Positions 1 through 9,978 of a stretch of 33,651 bases of DNA are shown here, piece by piece. The DNA is taken from NCBI GenBank assembly GCA_046075485.1, contig JBJTQF010000035.1:1-33651 (forward strand), read 5' to 3'. Numbering within the stretch: position 1 is the stretch's first letter; each line of letters starts with the position of its first letter. Origin of the DNA: Myxococcota bacterium (lineage in GTDB: Bacteria > Myxococcota_A > UBA796 > JAJRTE01 > JBJTQF01). The notes under the pieces were generated by a model. The model had not been told where the DNA came from and searched no databases. It saw nothing but the letters and a program-made list of their open reading frames with translations. The translations under genes and the position numbers were made by a program.

Positions 1-161
1 TTCCATGAGGGGCAGGAAAATGGTCTTATCGCTGTAAAACTGTCCGAGCTCACGGATGCTCTCGAAGTTACACTGACCATACGGGATCTTCACAGGCACT
101 CCTTGCCAGGGCTCGCTGCCGACGCGCAGGATGTGGGATTATAAGAACGACTGAGTATGCC

Positions 162-1103
162 TCACCCCTTCACCCCCTTGAGGTGGGGTTCCAGCCACTG
201 CAACAGATCCCGCAAGACTTCCTCACGGTTGGTTTCATTGAGGATCTCGTGACGTGCCTCCGGATAAAAGCGGTGCGCCACCTGCGTCAGACCTTGCTCC
301 GAGTACGCATTGAGCAGCCACTCCAGCCCGCGACATTGGCGACTGACGGGATCCTCTCGCCCCGAGACCACGTACACCGGGAGCTGCTTGGGGATATGCG
401 CCAGGTTGGAAGGCCGCTCGAGCTCCCCCAGCCCCTTCAGGAACTGGTTCCACAGCAGCACCGTCGCCCGAAAACCACAGCGGGGATCCGCGATATACGC
501 ATCCACCGTCGCGTGATCCCGCGAGAGCCAGTCAAAATCCGTCCGAGCGGGCTTAAAAGGACGGTTAAAGTCTGCAAACGACATGGCATGTACCAGCGCC
601 GAACGACCACGCGGCCCGAGCCGGAGGATCTCCAGCTCCGTCACCCCCACCCCAATCAAGCGCAGGGGGCCTACCTTTCCATTCGAGCCGGATAAAATCA
701 CCGCCGAGAACCCCTCCCCGTGTTTGTACATCAGCGTCTGCGCCAAAAACGAGCCCATCGAGTGCCCCAAGAGCACCAGAGGCAGTCCGGGATGGAGCCC
801 CTTGACCTTCTCGCACAGCTCCCACAGATCCTGAACGACCCGATTCCAGCCATCCTCCGCCGCAAAAAAGCCCACATCCTCTTCACGGTCGGCGGTCTTG
901 CCATGTCCACGGTGATCCATCGCATACACCACCAAGCCTGCATCCGTGAGGGTGGGCGCAATCCCTGCATATCGCGCCCCATGCTCCGCCAGACCATGTG
1001 CGATCACCATCACCGCACGCGGCGCTTGCACATCCGGGGTCCATTGATGCACATGAATTGACTTTCTATCACCGGCGACAAATGGCAAGGTTGAGGACTG
1101 CAT
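162..1103 (-). CDS. alpha/beta-fold hydrolase (lysophospholipase / monoacylglycerol-lipase-like)
   Basis: 313-aa ORF. It has the GHSMG nucleophile-elbow motif (GxSxG) and HGLAEHGARY near the N-terminus, typical of the Hydrolase_4/lysophospholipase family. An AGGAG RBS lies 4 nt upstream of the ATG at 1103. Confidence 0.85.
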   Translation of the reverse strand: MQSSTLPFVAGDRKSIHVHQWTPDVQAPRAVMVIAHGLAEHGARYAGIAPTLTDAGLVVYAMDHRGHGKTADREEDVGFFAAEDGWNRVVQDLWELCEKVKGLHPGLPLVLLGHSMGSFLAQTLMYKHGEGFSAVILSGSNGKVGPLRLIGVGVTELEILRLGPRGRSALVHAMSFADFNRPFKPARTDFDWLSRDHATVDAYIADPRCGFRATVLLWNQFLKGLGELERPSNLAHIPKQLPVYVVSGREDPVSRQCRGLEWLLNAYSEQGLTQVAHRFYPEARHEILNETNREEVLRDLLQWLEPHLKGVKG

Positions 1104-1235
1104 GACACTCCTATCTCACACGAAGGCGAAAATTCAGGGGATGAGGGGAGGAGGTCGGCCCGCTGCGCAGCCACTCCTCAACGACAGGTTGGCTGCACAC
1201 ATTATCACAGGTCTGCGTCGGCGCAAAGCTTGAGG

Positions 1236-1291
1236 TTCAGGCGGGAAGGTTCAGGCGGGCACGTTCAGGGGGGCACGTTCAGGCGGGAAGG
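1236..1291. repeat. 4 tandem copies of a 14-bp unit (GTTCAGGCGGGAAG / GTTCAGGCGGGCAC)
   Basis: Read directly, in the intergenic region between the S8 peptidase stop and the hydrolase start. Confidence 0.85.
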
Positions 1292-1293
1292 TC

Positions 1294-4200
1294 TCAGTCT
1301 CTGAGGGCTCCGCGACGCAGTGCCGAAGTTGACGAGGAGCCTGCCTCCGCAGCACGTTCCGGCATCGGCAGCGTCTCGAGCCCTTGTGTCCACCCGCGCG
1401 AGTCCGTCAAACGAGGCATCTCCACCCGCCCATGCTCTGCCAGCCGTTCCGCCATCGCCCCTTGAGCCAGTCCGTCCGTCTGCCATACAAAAAGGTATCC
1501 TTTGCGGGTCATCGCCACCACCTCGTTGAGCCCATCCCCATTAATATCCCCCGCGCGGATCGCCGAGTAGACCCAGCCTCCCGTGAAGTGAGGCCAGCCC
1601 ACCGGCACCGTGCCATCAGCCTCCCAAGCGTGTAAGGCATAACCGCCGCTGGACATGAGGACTTCTGGCTTGCCATCCCCTGTGACATCGGCCACCTCCG
1701 GCGTCACAAACATCATGATGTCCTCGATCACCCGAGGCCAAGCGGGGAGCGCCCGTTCCGTCTCCACATCCCACACTGCGACCACATGATCCTGATAGGG
1801 CATCCACTTGTTGAGCAGGAGCGAGAGTCCCCAGTTGAGGCAAGTCATGCCCCCCACCAGCTCCGGCACCCCATCCCCCGTCACATCCCCAAACTTGAGA
1901 TTGGCCAGGTAGGTCAGCCCCCCGATCTCATCCGTGTTACGCTGGAGTCCCCAGCCGCTCTCATCACACGAGACCTCCGACGTCACCCGCCCAAAACCAT
2001 TGAGAATCACCGGACAACCGCCGGGAGCTGCCACCGCGACCTCCTGCGCTCCATCTTGGTCGATGTCCGACATCACCGGTGTCATGGTGATGCCTTCGCC
2101 CATATAGTTGACCACCCCGCTCAGATAGCCGTTGACCGTCACCGGCCAGCCGCGCACAAAAGGCCCCTCCGGGTTGAGTGTGCCATTGTGATGCACCGCA
2201 TACACATAGGTGATAAACGGGAGCTCCTCGCGGTACTCATTGGTGCCCATCACCAGCTCGAGGGAGCCATCCCCGTTGATATCACCGACGGCGGGGGTGG
2301 AGTAGATGCGGCCCTGGTTGTTGACATCCGCCTCAGCACTCTCCAGCTTGACGGGAAATCCGGGCTGTCGTGAGCCATCTTCCCGCCAGACATAGACCTT
2401 CTGATCCATTGCGGGCAGGACGATCTCCAGCAGACCATCTCCGTCGAGATCGGCGGGGACCGGACCCGCTGCCATGCCGGGGTCGAGCTGATGGGTGGGG
2501 TCGGTCTGCGCATCGCTGACTGCGTCTCGCTGAACAGGAAATCCGGCGCGGAGCTTTCCATCCGCCCCAAACACGTACAGATAACCATCCAGCGTCGAAG
2601 CCATGACCTCTTTTTGCCCATCTCCCTCCAGATCCGCCACCGCCACCGTGCCGAGAATGCCCTGGCGAGCTGGTACGATGCCGTCTTGAGCGTAAGGGCG
2701 AGCGCCGAGATGATGGTCTGGCGCGTTGGGATCGAGTGCCCGCTGAGGCCCCACACTGACCGGCCAGCCTGCCAGGTTTTTGGCCGCGCTGGTGATGGCG
2801 TGGATGCGTCCATCGAGGGTTCCCACCACGATCTCCTGAACACCATCACTGTTAAGATCTGCTAATACAGGGGAAGACTCACCCGGCGTCAGCTCCAGCG
2901 GAAATCCAGGCAACAGATCCGGATCAGCACTTAAGAAAAAGGTCTTACGCTGCTCCGACCGGTTGCCATAGCCGTCTTCTGCCCGCAGTCGGAGGGTGAT
3001 TGCATGCACATTCACCCGCTCGAGCTTTGTCAGCAGGGGATCCTCACCCGACGACGCCTCCAGCGGTGCGGCGGGGTCGAGCTTCTCCACGGGGATGCTG
3101 CTGGTGGGCCATGAGTAGATCACCCCATCCAGCGCATTGCTGGTACTCCCATTTTTGAGCAACGTGAAGGCGTCATCGCGGGCATCGGCACCCGGTGCCC
3201 ACTCCAGAGTCCAGGAATAGAGCCCGGTGCGAGGCGCTGCGAGGTGTGCATCTATTTGAATATTGGGTGTTCGTCGTGGATCGAGCACATCATAATAACG
3301 TGGATGATGGATGCGCACCTCCGGCGGGACTTTGTAAGGCTGTGCTTTTTCAAGGGCACGACGCGCATTCACACGACCATATCCAAAAAACTGATCCCAG
3401 CCGGGGTACGATGGAAAGTATGCACTCTGCCCCGTCTGACTCTCCCGCACATTAATATCATCTGCGGTGCTGGTGAGAATCGAGCGTACCTCATCGGCAG
3501 ACAGCTCCATTCCATTGTCAAGGGCGCGAGAATACACCAACCCTGCGATGCCAGAGATGATGGCGGTTGAGCCGGTTGCACAGTCATTGGTGGTGGCCAC
3601 GAGCTGAAGGTGAGCACCATAGTTATTGCAGCCATTAAAGGCCAAGAAGGTGCGGGCAAACTCCAGTCCATAGACGGGGTAGAACTCGATGCTATGCACG
3701 GGGATGACGTATTCATTGGCACCGGGTGGCAGGTGATGATACGAGAGCTCATCTCCGATGGCGGTGACGATGGTCACATCATGCGCGTATGCATACGCGA
3801 AGGCATCACGAAGGTATTGAGAGTTGGCAATGCCTCCCATCGCGATGGCGATGACCTTTGCACCACGATCTACCGCATAGATCACCCCCTGAGCGATCTT
3901 GTTTCCTTCGCCCATAAACGAATCACTGACACGCACTGGAAGGATGGCACAGTTGGGACAATAGCCGAGATCGGAGCTGTGATCGCCCAGCATGGCAGCC
4001 GCATCGGTCATCACGGCGGAGCCATGATAAAAATCGTTGGAGGCCGCCGGATCGTTGTCATTCCATAAAAAATCCCATCCCGCGATATCATCTACATATC
4101 CATTCTGATCATTGTCGATGCCATCCGAAAAAGCAGCCACAAGATCCGATGGATCCAACACCGAGTCTGCATCATTCCAGCCCATATCTGGGCGAACACG

Positions 4201-4770
4201 ATCATCATCGAGATAATCCCAGACCGTCAGATAACCGTCCCCGTTACAGTCGTCGGAGAAACAGACCTTCCCATCCGCCCCCAGCGGCGACGGCAGCTCC
4301 CCTCGGTTGAGCAGGGTCTTGGGCACAAACTCCTGCGCACGCCAGCGCACACCCGAGTCGATCACCGCAATGGGAATCTCATATCGCCCGGTGGAGAGCT
4401 GAAAGGCCCGATCAATCCAGTTTCCAGAGCCTAAACTCAGCTCTTCGGGGCGAACTCTCTTCTTCAGCTCGGGTTTAATAAAGCTGACGAAAGACCACGT
4501 AATGCCGCGCCAGCTCCCATCTGCATTGGTGAAATCTGGTGGACAGAGCTCGAGCGATTCGTTTTCACCGCAGCCCGGATAGGTTGGAGCCGGAAAAATC
4601 GGTGCCGCTAAAGCGGAGTCTGTTGAATGCCACACACTCAGACCCCATAACAACACCATCCAGCACAGCCCTCTCTTCAGGTGTGAGCTTGACGGAGGCT
4701 GTGGGCCACTCGATGGGGGGCTCAGTGCAGACGCTCGATACGAGGCGACACATGACGACACCTTGTGCAT
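1294..4770 (-). CDS. secreted subtilisin-like (S8) serine peptidase fused to ~8 FG-GAP (integrin-alpha-like) beta-propeller repeats
   Basis: The S8 motifs are present: the Asp motif IAVIDSGV, the His motif FYHGSAVMT, the GAKVIAIAMGG oxyanion region and the Ser motif GSTAIISGIAGL. Eight D-x-[ND/DG]-x-DG-x-x-E-[LIV]-[LV] repeats (DLNSDGVQEIVVGT, DLEGDGQKEVMAST, DLDGDGLLEIVLPA, DINGDGSLELVMGT and others) follow in the C-terminal half. I chose the start at 4770 (MHKVSS...) because a perfect AAGGAG lies 7 nt upstream. The longer ORF start at 4836 has no RBS. A hydrophobic signal-like stretch (LCWMVLLWGLSVW) follows. Confidence 0.8.
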   Translation of the reverse strand: MHKVSSCVASYRASALSPPSSGPQPPSSSHLKRGLCWMVLLWGLSVWHSTDSALAAPIFPAPTYPGCGENESLELCPPDFTNADGSWRGITWSFVSFIKPELKKRVRPEELSLGSGNWIDRAFQLSTGRYEIPIAVIDSGVRWRAQEFVPKTLLNRGELPSPLGADGKVCFSDDCNGDGYLTVWDYLDDDRVRPDMGWNDADSVLDPSDLVAAFSDGIDNDQNGYVDDIAGWDFLWNDNDPAASNDFYHGSAVMTDAAAMLGDHSSDLGYCPNCAILPVRVSDSFMGEGNKIAQGVIYAVDRGAKVIAIAMGGIANSQYLRDAFAYAYAHDVTIVTAIGDELSYHHLPPGANEYVIPVHSIEFYPVYGLEFARTFLAFNGCNNYGAHLQLVATTNDCATGSTAIISGIAGLVYSRALDNGMELSADEVRSILTSTADDINVRESQTGQSAYFPSYPGWDQFFGYGRVNARRALEKAQPYKVPPEVRIHHPRYYDVLDPRRTPNIQIDAHLAAPRTGLYSWTLEWAPGADARDDAFTLLKNGSTSNALDGVIYSWPTSSIPVEKLDPAAPLEASSGEDPLLTKLERVNVHAITLRLRAEDGYGNRSEQRKTFFLSADPDLLPGFPLELTPGESSPVLADLNSDGVQEIVVGTLDGRIHAITSAAKNLAGWPVSVGPQRALDPNAPDHHLGARPYAQDGIVPARQGILGTVAVADLEGDGQKEVMASTLDGYLYVFGADGKLRAGFPVQRDAVSDAQTDPTHQLDPGMAAGPVPADLDGDGLLEIVLPAMDQKVYVWREDGSRQPGFPVKLESAEADVNNQGRIYSTPAVGDINGDGSLELVMGTNEYREELPFITYVYAVHHNGTLNPEGPFVRGWPVTVNGYLSGVVNYMGEGITMTPVMSDIDQDGAQEVAVAAPGGCPVILNGFGRVTSEVSCDESGWGLQRNTDEIGGLTYLANLKFGDVTGDGVPELVGGMTCLNWGLSLLLNKWMPYQDHVVAVWDVETERALPAWPRVIEDIMMFVTPEVADVTGDGKPEVLMSSGGYALHAWEADGTVPVGWPHFTGGWVYSAIRAGDINGDGLNEVVAMTRKGYLFVWQTDGLAQGAMAERLAEHGRVEMPRLTDSRGWTQGLETLPMPERAAEAGSSSTSALRRGALRD

Positions 4771-5049
4771 GACTTGGCTCCTTTGCAGTCGATGGAATAG
4801 ATGCAGGTGGTGTTTGAGTGTGGCATCAGACCACACGCCTCTAACAACCCGCTTTACCCTATCTGCGCCAAGAATTTCACGTCAAGCGTTTCTTTGCCGG
4901 GAGGTTGTAAGGGCTGCTGACAAACAGAATCCTTACTCGACAAGTGAAGACAGATTGTGTAGAGTCAAAAGTCAGCAACATGCAGTGTGACCAGTTGCAA
5001 TATGGGGAATCATGGTCACGCCGAATTCGAATCGTGGCGGAGGCGACAC

Positions 5050-5400
5050 ATGCAGAGCATATTAAATGTAGAGGAGGCGCTCGAGCGCCTAGATGGTGAC
5101 CACGAGCTGTATGCAGAAGTGCTTCAGCTCTTCATGGAAGACACACCCAAGCTGCTTGACGCCCTCAAGCTCGAAGTGAGAGGCCATTCGAGCCGAGAAG
5201 CCACCCGCTTGGCTCATTCGATAAAGTCGGCGGCTGCAAATGTAGGTGCTTCAGAGGTCGCCCGACTGGCCGCTCAGTGTGAGCTGGCCGGAAAAAATGA
5301 TCGATGGGAGGAGCTGCCTCAGCTCGTATTTGGCCTCGACGAAGCCATGAGCATGCTGATGGGCACCGCGCACCACTGGCTCGATCAGCACCCTCTATAA
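5050..5400 (+). CDS. histidine-containing phosphotransfer (Hpt) domain protein, stand-alone
   Basis: The Hpt signature HSIKSAAANVGASEVARLAAQCE (phospho-accepting His followed by K-[SG]-x-[AS]-x-x-[VL]-GA) is present. The ORF track starts at a GTG at 4987. I prefer the ATG at 5050 (MQSIL...) because GGCGGAGG lies 6 nt upstream. Confidence 0.7.
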   Translation: MQSILNVEEALERLDGDHELYAEVLQLFMEDTPKLLDALKLEVRGHSSREATRLAHSIKSAAANVGASEVARLAAQCELAGKNDRWEELPQLVFGLDEAMSMLMGTAHHWLDQHPL

Positions 5401-5426
5401 GCGACCCACAGAAGCGACCCACAGAA
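5401..5426. repeat. 2 tandem copies of 13-bp unit GCGACCCACAGAA immediately after the Hpt stop codon
   Basis: Read directly. Confidence 0.85.
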
Positions 5427-5571
5427 GAGCAACGCACCTGCTCTCCCCACCTTTGAGCTTGCCATCCCAACCCTTGACAGGTGTGTCCCAGACTATCCTA
5501 TTGCCAATAAGCGCCTGTCGATGCGGTATCGCAGCCGTGCATGTCTCATAGGCTTGAATGTCTCCGACCGA

Positions 5572-8313
5572 TCACCACAAGGGCATGCTCAGGCTCACCC
5601 CCACGGAGGGCCTCAAGGGTTGAGCCAGGGGATGCTCTCGATAGGTGCCCGCTTCGGTGGCCATATAGTTGACCGTGGCCCCTGTTGGATCGTCCGAATC
5701 CACCGGTCCAGCCTCCAGCGCTCCATGCAGGGGCGCGAGCAGATTTCGCCCTTCCAGCGCCAGCTCCAGCCCACCCTCTAGCTGCGTGGCCAGTCGAGCA
5801 TTGAGGGTCGCGCGGGCAGGCAGGCGTACCGCGTTGATCTGCACTTGCCCATTGGCGTCAAAGCTCCGTAAATTCCAGGTCTGGCTCGACACCGCATGCA
5901 GATCGGTGCTCAGCGACCAGCGAGGCCGTGAGATCCGCAGCCCCGCGTTGAGCTTGTGGGGGGAGGTGCTGGCAAGAGGTTCCGCATCCGCCCCGTCGCC
6001 CTGCTGAATCCAGGTTAAGGCGTAGTTGGCATACAGATCCAGCCCCTCCCGAGGCGAGAGTTTGCCGCCCAGCTCAAGGCCCATCGCCGTGTGAGGCTCG
6101 TCCACGTTGACGTGGCGGGTGGTGCCTGCATACCAATATCCATCTGGATGATAGTTATCTTCACCTTCAGGCCAGGGCTCCACATCGGTCAGCTCCAGCA
6201 ATCCATTGACTCGATTCAGAAACAGACAGCTCTCGAGCTGATATTTTTCGCTGTCGGGGAGCTGCAAAAAGCCCAGCTCAAAGCTCACAATACGCTCGGG
6301 GCGGAGCTGAAGATTGCCCTGTGTCAGCACTGCCACGGCATCCGTGCTGGTCGGAATGGCTTGAGAGATATAGGACTCAAAAAAGGTCGGGGTACGAAAG
6401 GCGGTGCCCCCCACCAAACGTAAGGCACTCTCCGGGGTTAAGTGCCACAGGAAGGCACCACGCGGCGATAAGGCCAGCTTGTCCAGCAGCGACGCATCGG
6501 TGAGGGTCGCCAGCAGCGGATGGCGATCCGCACGCAGGCTCAAGGTGGTGCTGATGGGCTCCGACCACGCCGACTCCACCTGCACAAAGGCCGAGGCATG
6601 CTGCTCCGGCTCCACCAGCGGCAGCCACTCCCAGGTGATCCCCTTATAACGATATCCCAGCCCCGCATGAATCCGGTGAGACCCCACTCCGTCCAGGCGC
6701 TGAGAGTTTTCCAGCTCCACATCCACCACATGGCTCTTCGGATGAGAGCTGATGTCCAGCCCTCCCACCGGTATGGCCCACGGACTGGCAGTCATATCAA
6801 AATGATTCCAGAAGGTGCGGAACGAAAAACCCAGCGGCAACAACAAGTCCGCCCGTGCATAGCCGTAGAGCCCATCCACCACGTAGTCGCGCAGCGCTCC
6901 AATGGCCATAAACTCCGTCTGACCTTGAGCCAGCCCACCGGAGACACTCAACGAGATCTCCTGGGCCAAGCGCCGATCCACCCGCAGATCCAGACGAGAG
7001 ATGTGCGCCGCTTCCGACGGATAGGGGGCCTTGAGCTCGTAGTCTTGTCGATCCGGATCCACCTCCACGGCGTAACGTGCGCGTGTCTCAAAACCTGCCG
7101 AAGCTCGAAAGGCTGTCTGATCCTGCCTTCCGCTCACGCTCAAGCTGGTCAGCGCGTAGTCCGGCAGGCCGCCGCGTAAGACCAGCGTCGGTCGAGAGCC
7201 CGTGGCTCCCGGTGGCCGGGTGATGATGTTCACCACCCCACTAAACGCGCCCGCTCCGTACAGCGCCGCGCCCGGACCTCGGATCACCTCAATGCGCTCG
7301 ATGTCCTGCAAAGAGATCGACTGAAGGGTCCACAGGGTGGCCCCAATAAAGTCCAGATAGATCGAACGCCCATCCACCAGCACCAGCACTTTGTTGGAGA
7401 GCAGGGCGTTAAAACCTCGTACCCCCACCGAATAGTCCGCAGGGTTGAGGGCCATCACCTCCATGCCCGGTACTCGGCGTAAGGCTTCCGGCACCGAGAG
7501 CGCCCCAGAGCGACGCAGCTCATCGCCCGAAATGACCGTGATGGCACCCGGAGCATCCAGCGGCTGCTGAGCGTAACGTGAGGAGGTGATCACCTCCAGG
7601 GCATACGGATCGGCTTCACGCGGAAGCGCTTCGGGACTGACGGTCGAATTATCCGGTCTTGTCGGAGCTTTCGCTGGAGGTGCTCCCACGGAGGGGCTCG
7701 CAGTCCCCGAAGCGGAAGGATTTTCTTCGGTGCGCGCAGGGCCGGTGGGGTAAGCTGCTCGTTCCACTTGTGCGACCGCCTGCCGCAGCTCCGCCAGGGC
7801 TTGGGCCAGGGCTGGACTCGTGACGGCGGCTTCTCGTTCCGGGGGGGCTGTTTTTCCTGCGATATCGGAGGGTTGCCGGGCAGCTTCATCACCGCGGACG
7901 CTGGAGGCTCCGTATCCTTCGCGAATCATCTCCGTGCGTCGTTGCCGGGCGAGGTTGAGCAGCCGCTGAGCTTCTCCAGCATCTTCTGGAGCGGTTGCCA
8001 GATACTGCTCCAGCCGCGCAATGGCTTGAGGGTAATCTCCTGCCTCAAAACAAGCCCGCCCCATGTTAAAGAGCACCGCTGGATGAGGCAAGATCTCGTG
8101 GGCGCGCTCGAGCTGCTGGAGCCCTTCTTCGTAGCGCCCCTCTTTGATCAGGCGCATACCCTCAAGAAAGTGGCGGCGAGCATCTGCGCGGTCGTCCGCA
8201 TGCGCAGGCGAGAGCAGGCTTAAGCTGCACAAGAGCCCAGAGAGCAGGCTCCATCGACGGGGCAGAGCCCCCTTAAGTCGCGCGCTGGGCAATGGCTTTG
8301 ATGTGCTGGGCAT
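5572..8313 (-). CDS. TonB-dependent outer-membrane receptor with N-terminal TPR-repeat extension
   Basis: There is a signal peptide (…LLSPAHA/DD), then TPR-like helical repeats over roughly residues 45-140, then an Ala/Pro-rich linker. The TonB-dependent receptor plug signature follows (ITVISGDELRRSGALSVPEALRRVPGMEV…LVLVDGRSIY…IERIEVIRGPGAALYGAGAFSGVVNIITR). A long beta-barrel ends in an aromatic residue (…SLSMPLW). The start lies 8 bp after the stop of the upstream kinase gene. Confidence 0.85.
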   Translation of the reverse strand: MPSTSKPLPSARLKGALPRRWSLLSGLLCSLSLLSPAHADDRADARRHFLEGMRLIKEGRYEEGLQQLERAHEILPHPAVLFNMGRACFEAGDYPQAIARLEQYLATAPEDAGEAQRLLNLARQRRTEMIREGYGASSVRGDEAARQPSDIAGKTAPPEREAAVTSPALAQALAELRQAVAQVERAAYPTGPARTEENPSASGTASPSVGAPPAKAPTRPDNSTVSPEALPREADPYALEVITSSRYAQQPLDAPGAITVISGDELRRSGALSVPEALRRVPGMEVMALNPADYSVGVRGFNALLSNKVLVLVDGRSIYLDFIGATLWTLQSISLQDIERIEVIRGPGAALYGAGAFSGVVNIITRPPGATGSRPTLVLRGGLPDYALTSLSVSGRQDQTAFRASAGFETRARYAVEVDPDRQDYELKAPYPSEAAHISRLDLRVDRRLAQEISLSVSGGLAQGQTEFMAIGALRDYVVDGLYGYARADLLLPLGFSFRTFWNHFDMTASPWAIPVGGLDISSHPKSHVVDVELENSQRLDGVGSHRIHAGLGYRYKGITWEWLPLVEPEQHASAFVQVESAWSEPISTTLSLRADRHPLLATLTDASLLDKLALSPRGAFLWHLTPESALRLVGGTAFRTPTFFESYISQAIPTSTDAVAVLTQGNLQLRPERIVSFELGFLQLPDSEKYQLESCLFLNRVNGLLELTDVEPWPEGEDNYHPDGYWYAGTTRHVNVDEPHTAMGLELGGKLSPREGLDLYANYALTWIQQGDGADAEPLASTSPHKLNAGLRISRPRWSLSTDLHAVSSQTWNLRSFDANGQVQINAVRLPARATLNARLATQLEGGLELALEGRNLLAPLHGALEAGPVDSDDPTGATVNYMATEAGTYREHPLAQPLRPSVGVSLSMPLW

Positions 8314-8321
8314 GCAAAATC

Positions 8322-9872
8322 CTAATAGGGAGAGGGCTTATAACCTTCGGGAAGCACTTCTTCCTCGGCAGGTGCTGGGGCGGAGCGGTTGCTCGTGCGC
8401 GCTTTTTTGCGGGCGGGCGGACTGCGGGGAGGCTCTTCGGAGGTGGCCACCGGGGAGGCGGCGGCGTTCTCCGCTGTTGCAGGCACGGTTTCAGGCGGGG
8501 TGGCCCCTTTTCCTCCTGTCTCGGCGGAGGACAGGGCAGGGGAGGGCTTTGAAGCGCCGCTCATGTCCGCTGGATGCCCCTCTGCGCGGGTGGAGTGGGC
8601 TCCTTCAGCAAGGACTTTGTTGGTAGAACTGCTTGAGGGTGCCACTGTTGTTTCGGTCGTACCCTGGAGCGCTGAAGGTTGAAGCGACAGCGACCGGAGG
8701 GGGGGACTGGCTTCTGGACGGGGGGCGGAGGTCTGTGTGGGAGGTTTAAACAGCAGCACGCCGACCAGCAGCACGCCGCAGGCCGTCCCCAGCATGACGC
8801 TGAGTTGGCGTCGAGAGCGGAGCCAGCTTGGAAGCCACGCATAGGACCAGCCCACCGGCATCTCTCCGGCGTGGGTGAGGGGCAGGAGCAGCTCCGGCTC
8901 GAGCTCTAGGGGTTCCGTGCGGGTCTGGGTGAGCTGAGAAAAGTCGATGCCCAGGCCCTGACTGATGGGCATGAGGGTGGCCCACAGCTCATCCACGGAC
9001 TGGAAGCGGTCCTCGGGATTGCGGGCCATGAGCTTCTCGATCATCAAGATCAGGGTGGGAGGCAATCCCAGCTCCATTGGCAACTTAGGCGGCGCTTCGT
9101 GCAGCACCATCATGATGGTCTCGGCGGGGGAGCCTCCTTTGTACGGCAACTTGCCTGCGAGCATCAGATAGAGCACCACGCCCAACGAGTACAGATCGGA
9201 GCGGTGATCGGCTTTACCGGTCATGGCTTCGGGGGCCATATATTCCGGAGTGCCCAGCAGGGTGCCGGAGCGGGTGATCTCCATCGGGGTCTCGACGCTG
9301 AGCATGGGCTCGGGCTGGAGCATCTTGGCGATGCCAAAGTCGAGCACTTTGACGGTCTCGAGGCCATCTCGGGTCAGCAGAATGTTGGCGGGTTTGATGT
9401 CGCGATGCACGATGCCCCGGCGATGGGCTTCTCTCAGCGCCAGCGCAAGCTGCCGGGTGATGTTGAGGGCGCGGGCGGGCGGAAGTTTCCCTTCTCGGCG
9501 CATGAGCTGGGAGAGGGTCTGGCCATCCACCAGCTCCATGACGATATAATAGAGGTCAGACTCTGTGCGGCCATAGTCGAAGATGGTGACGGTGTGGGGG
9601 CTCGAGAGGCGACTGGTGGCGGCAGCTTCGAGGGCAAATCGTTGACGGAAGCTCGGATCATGGCCTGCTTGTTGTTCGGTCAAGTGCAGGGTCTTGATGG
9701 CCACTTGGCGACCCAGTGAGAGCTGCTCGGCCCGATAGACCTTGCCCATGCCTCCTTGAGCCAAGAGAGAGCCGATCCGATAGCGGCCATCGAGGAGCTG
9801 GCCCACCAGAGGATCGTCGTTTCCGCTTGTGCGCGTGGGAGGGCTGTCTCCCGCCTGTGTCCGCAACCCCAT
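8322..9872 (-). CDS. Ser/Thr protein kinase (Hanks-type), membrane-anchored with Pro/Ala/Ser-rich C-terminal tail
   Basis: Kinase subdomains are present: the Gly-loop [10 protein letters not shown], the catalytic Lys in VAIK, the catalytic loop [11 protein letters not shown], the DFGIAK motif and [12 protein letters not shown] helix ([18 protein letters not shown]) follows, then a ~150-aa low-complexity tail. A GAGG RBS lies upstream of the ATG at 9872. Confidence 0.9.
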   Translation of the reverse strand: MGLRTQAGDSPPTRTSGNDDPLVGQLLDGRYRIGSLLAQGGMGKVYRAEQLSLGRQVAIKTLHLTEQQAGHDPSFRQRFALEAAATSRLSSPHTVTIFDYGRTESDLYYIVMELVDGQTLSQLMRREGKLPPARALNITRQLALALREAHRRGIVHRDIKPANILLTRDGLETVKVLDFGIAKMLQPEPMLSVETPMEITRSGTLLGTPEYMAPEAMTGKADHRSDLYSLGVVLYLMLAGKLPYKGGSPAETIMMVLHEAPPKLPMELGLPPTLILMIEKLMARNPEDRFQSVDELWATLMPISQGLGIDFSQLTQTRTEPLELEPELLLPLTHAGEMPVGWSYAWLPSWLRSRRQLSVMLGTACGVLLVGVLLFKPPTQTSAPRPEASPPLRSLSLQPSALQGTTETTVAPSSSSTNKVLAEGAHSTRAEGHPADMSGASKPSPALSSAETGGKGATPPETVPATAENAAASPVATSEEPPRSPPARKKARTSNRSAPAPAEEEVLPEGYKPSPY

Positions 9873-9978
9873 CTTCAGCCTCGCTGCGCTAAGTGTACCC
9901 GCATTCGAATTCCGCTCTTCTCACGGTAACATGGGCCTCCACTCAAGTCAATTGTCACCCCAGCCACGGAAAGGTTGG

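Noticed and set aside
4771-4836. Longer N-terminal extension of the S8 peptidase (ATG at 4836) and of glnN (24264), the EEP gene (TTG at 26146), Rpn (GTG at 13435) and the Hpt gene (GTG at 4987)
   Set aside because: The extensions have no RBS, use non-ATG codons or add unconserved residues. Internal ATGs with strong Shine-Dalgarno sequences were preferred.
6520-7179. 219-aa plus-strand ORF inside the TonB-dependent receptor gene
   Set aside because: It is antisense to a receptor CDS with clear plug and barrel signatures.
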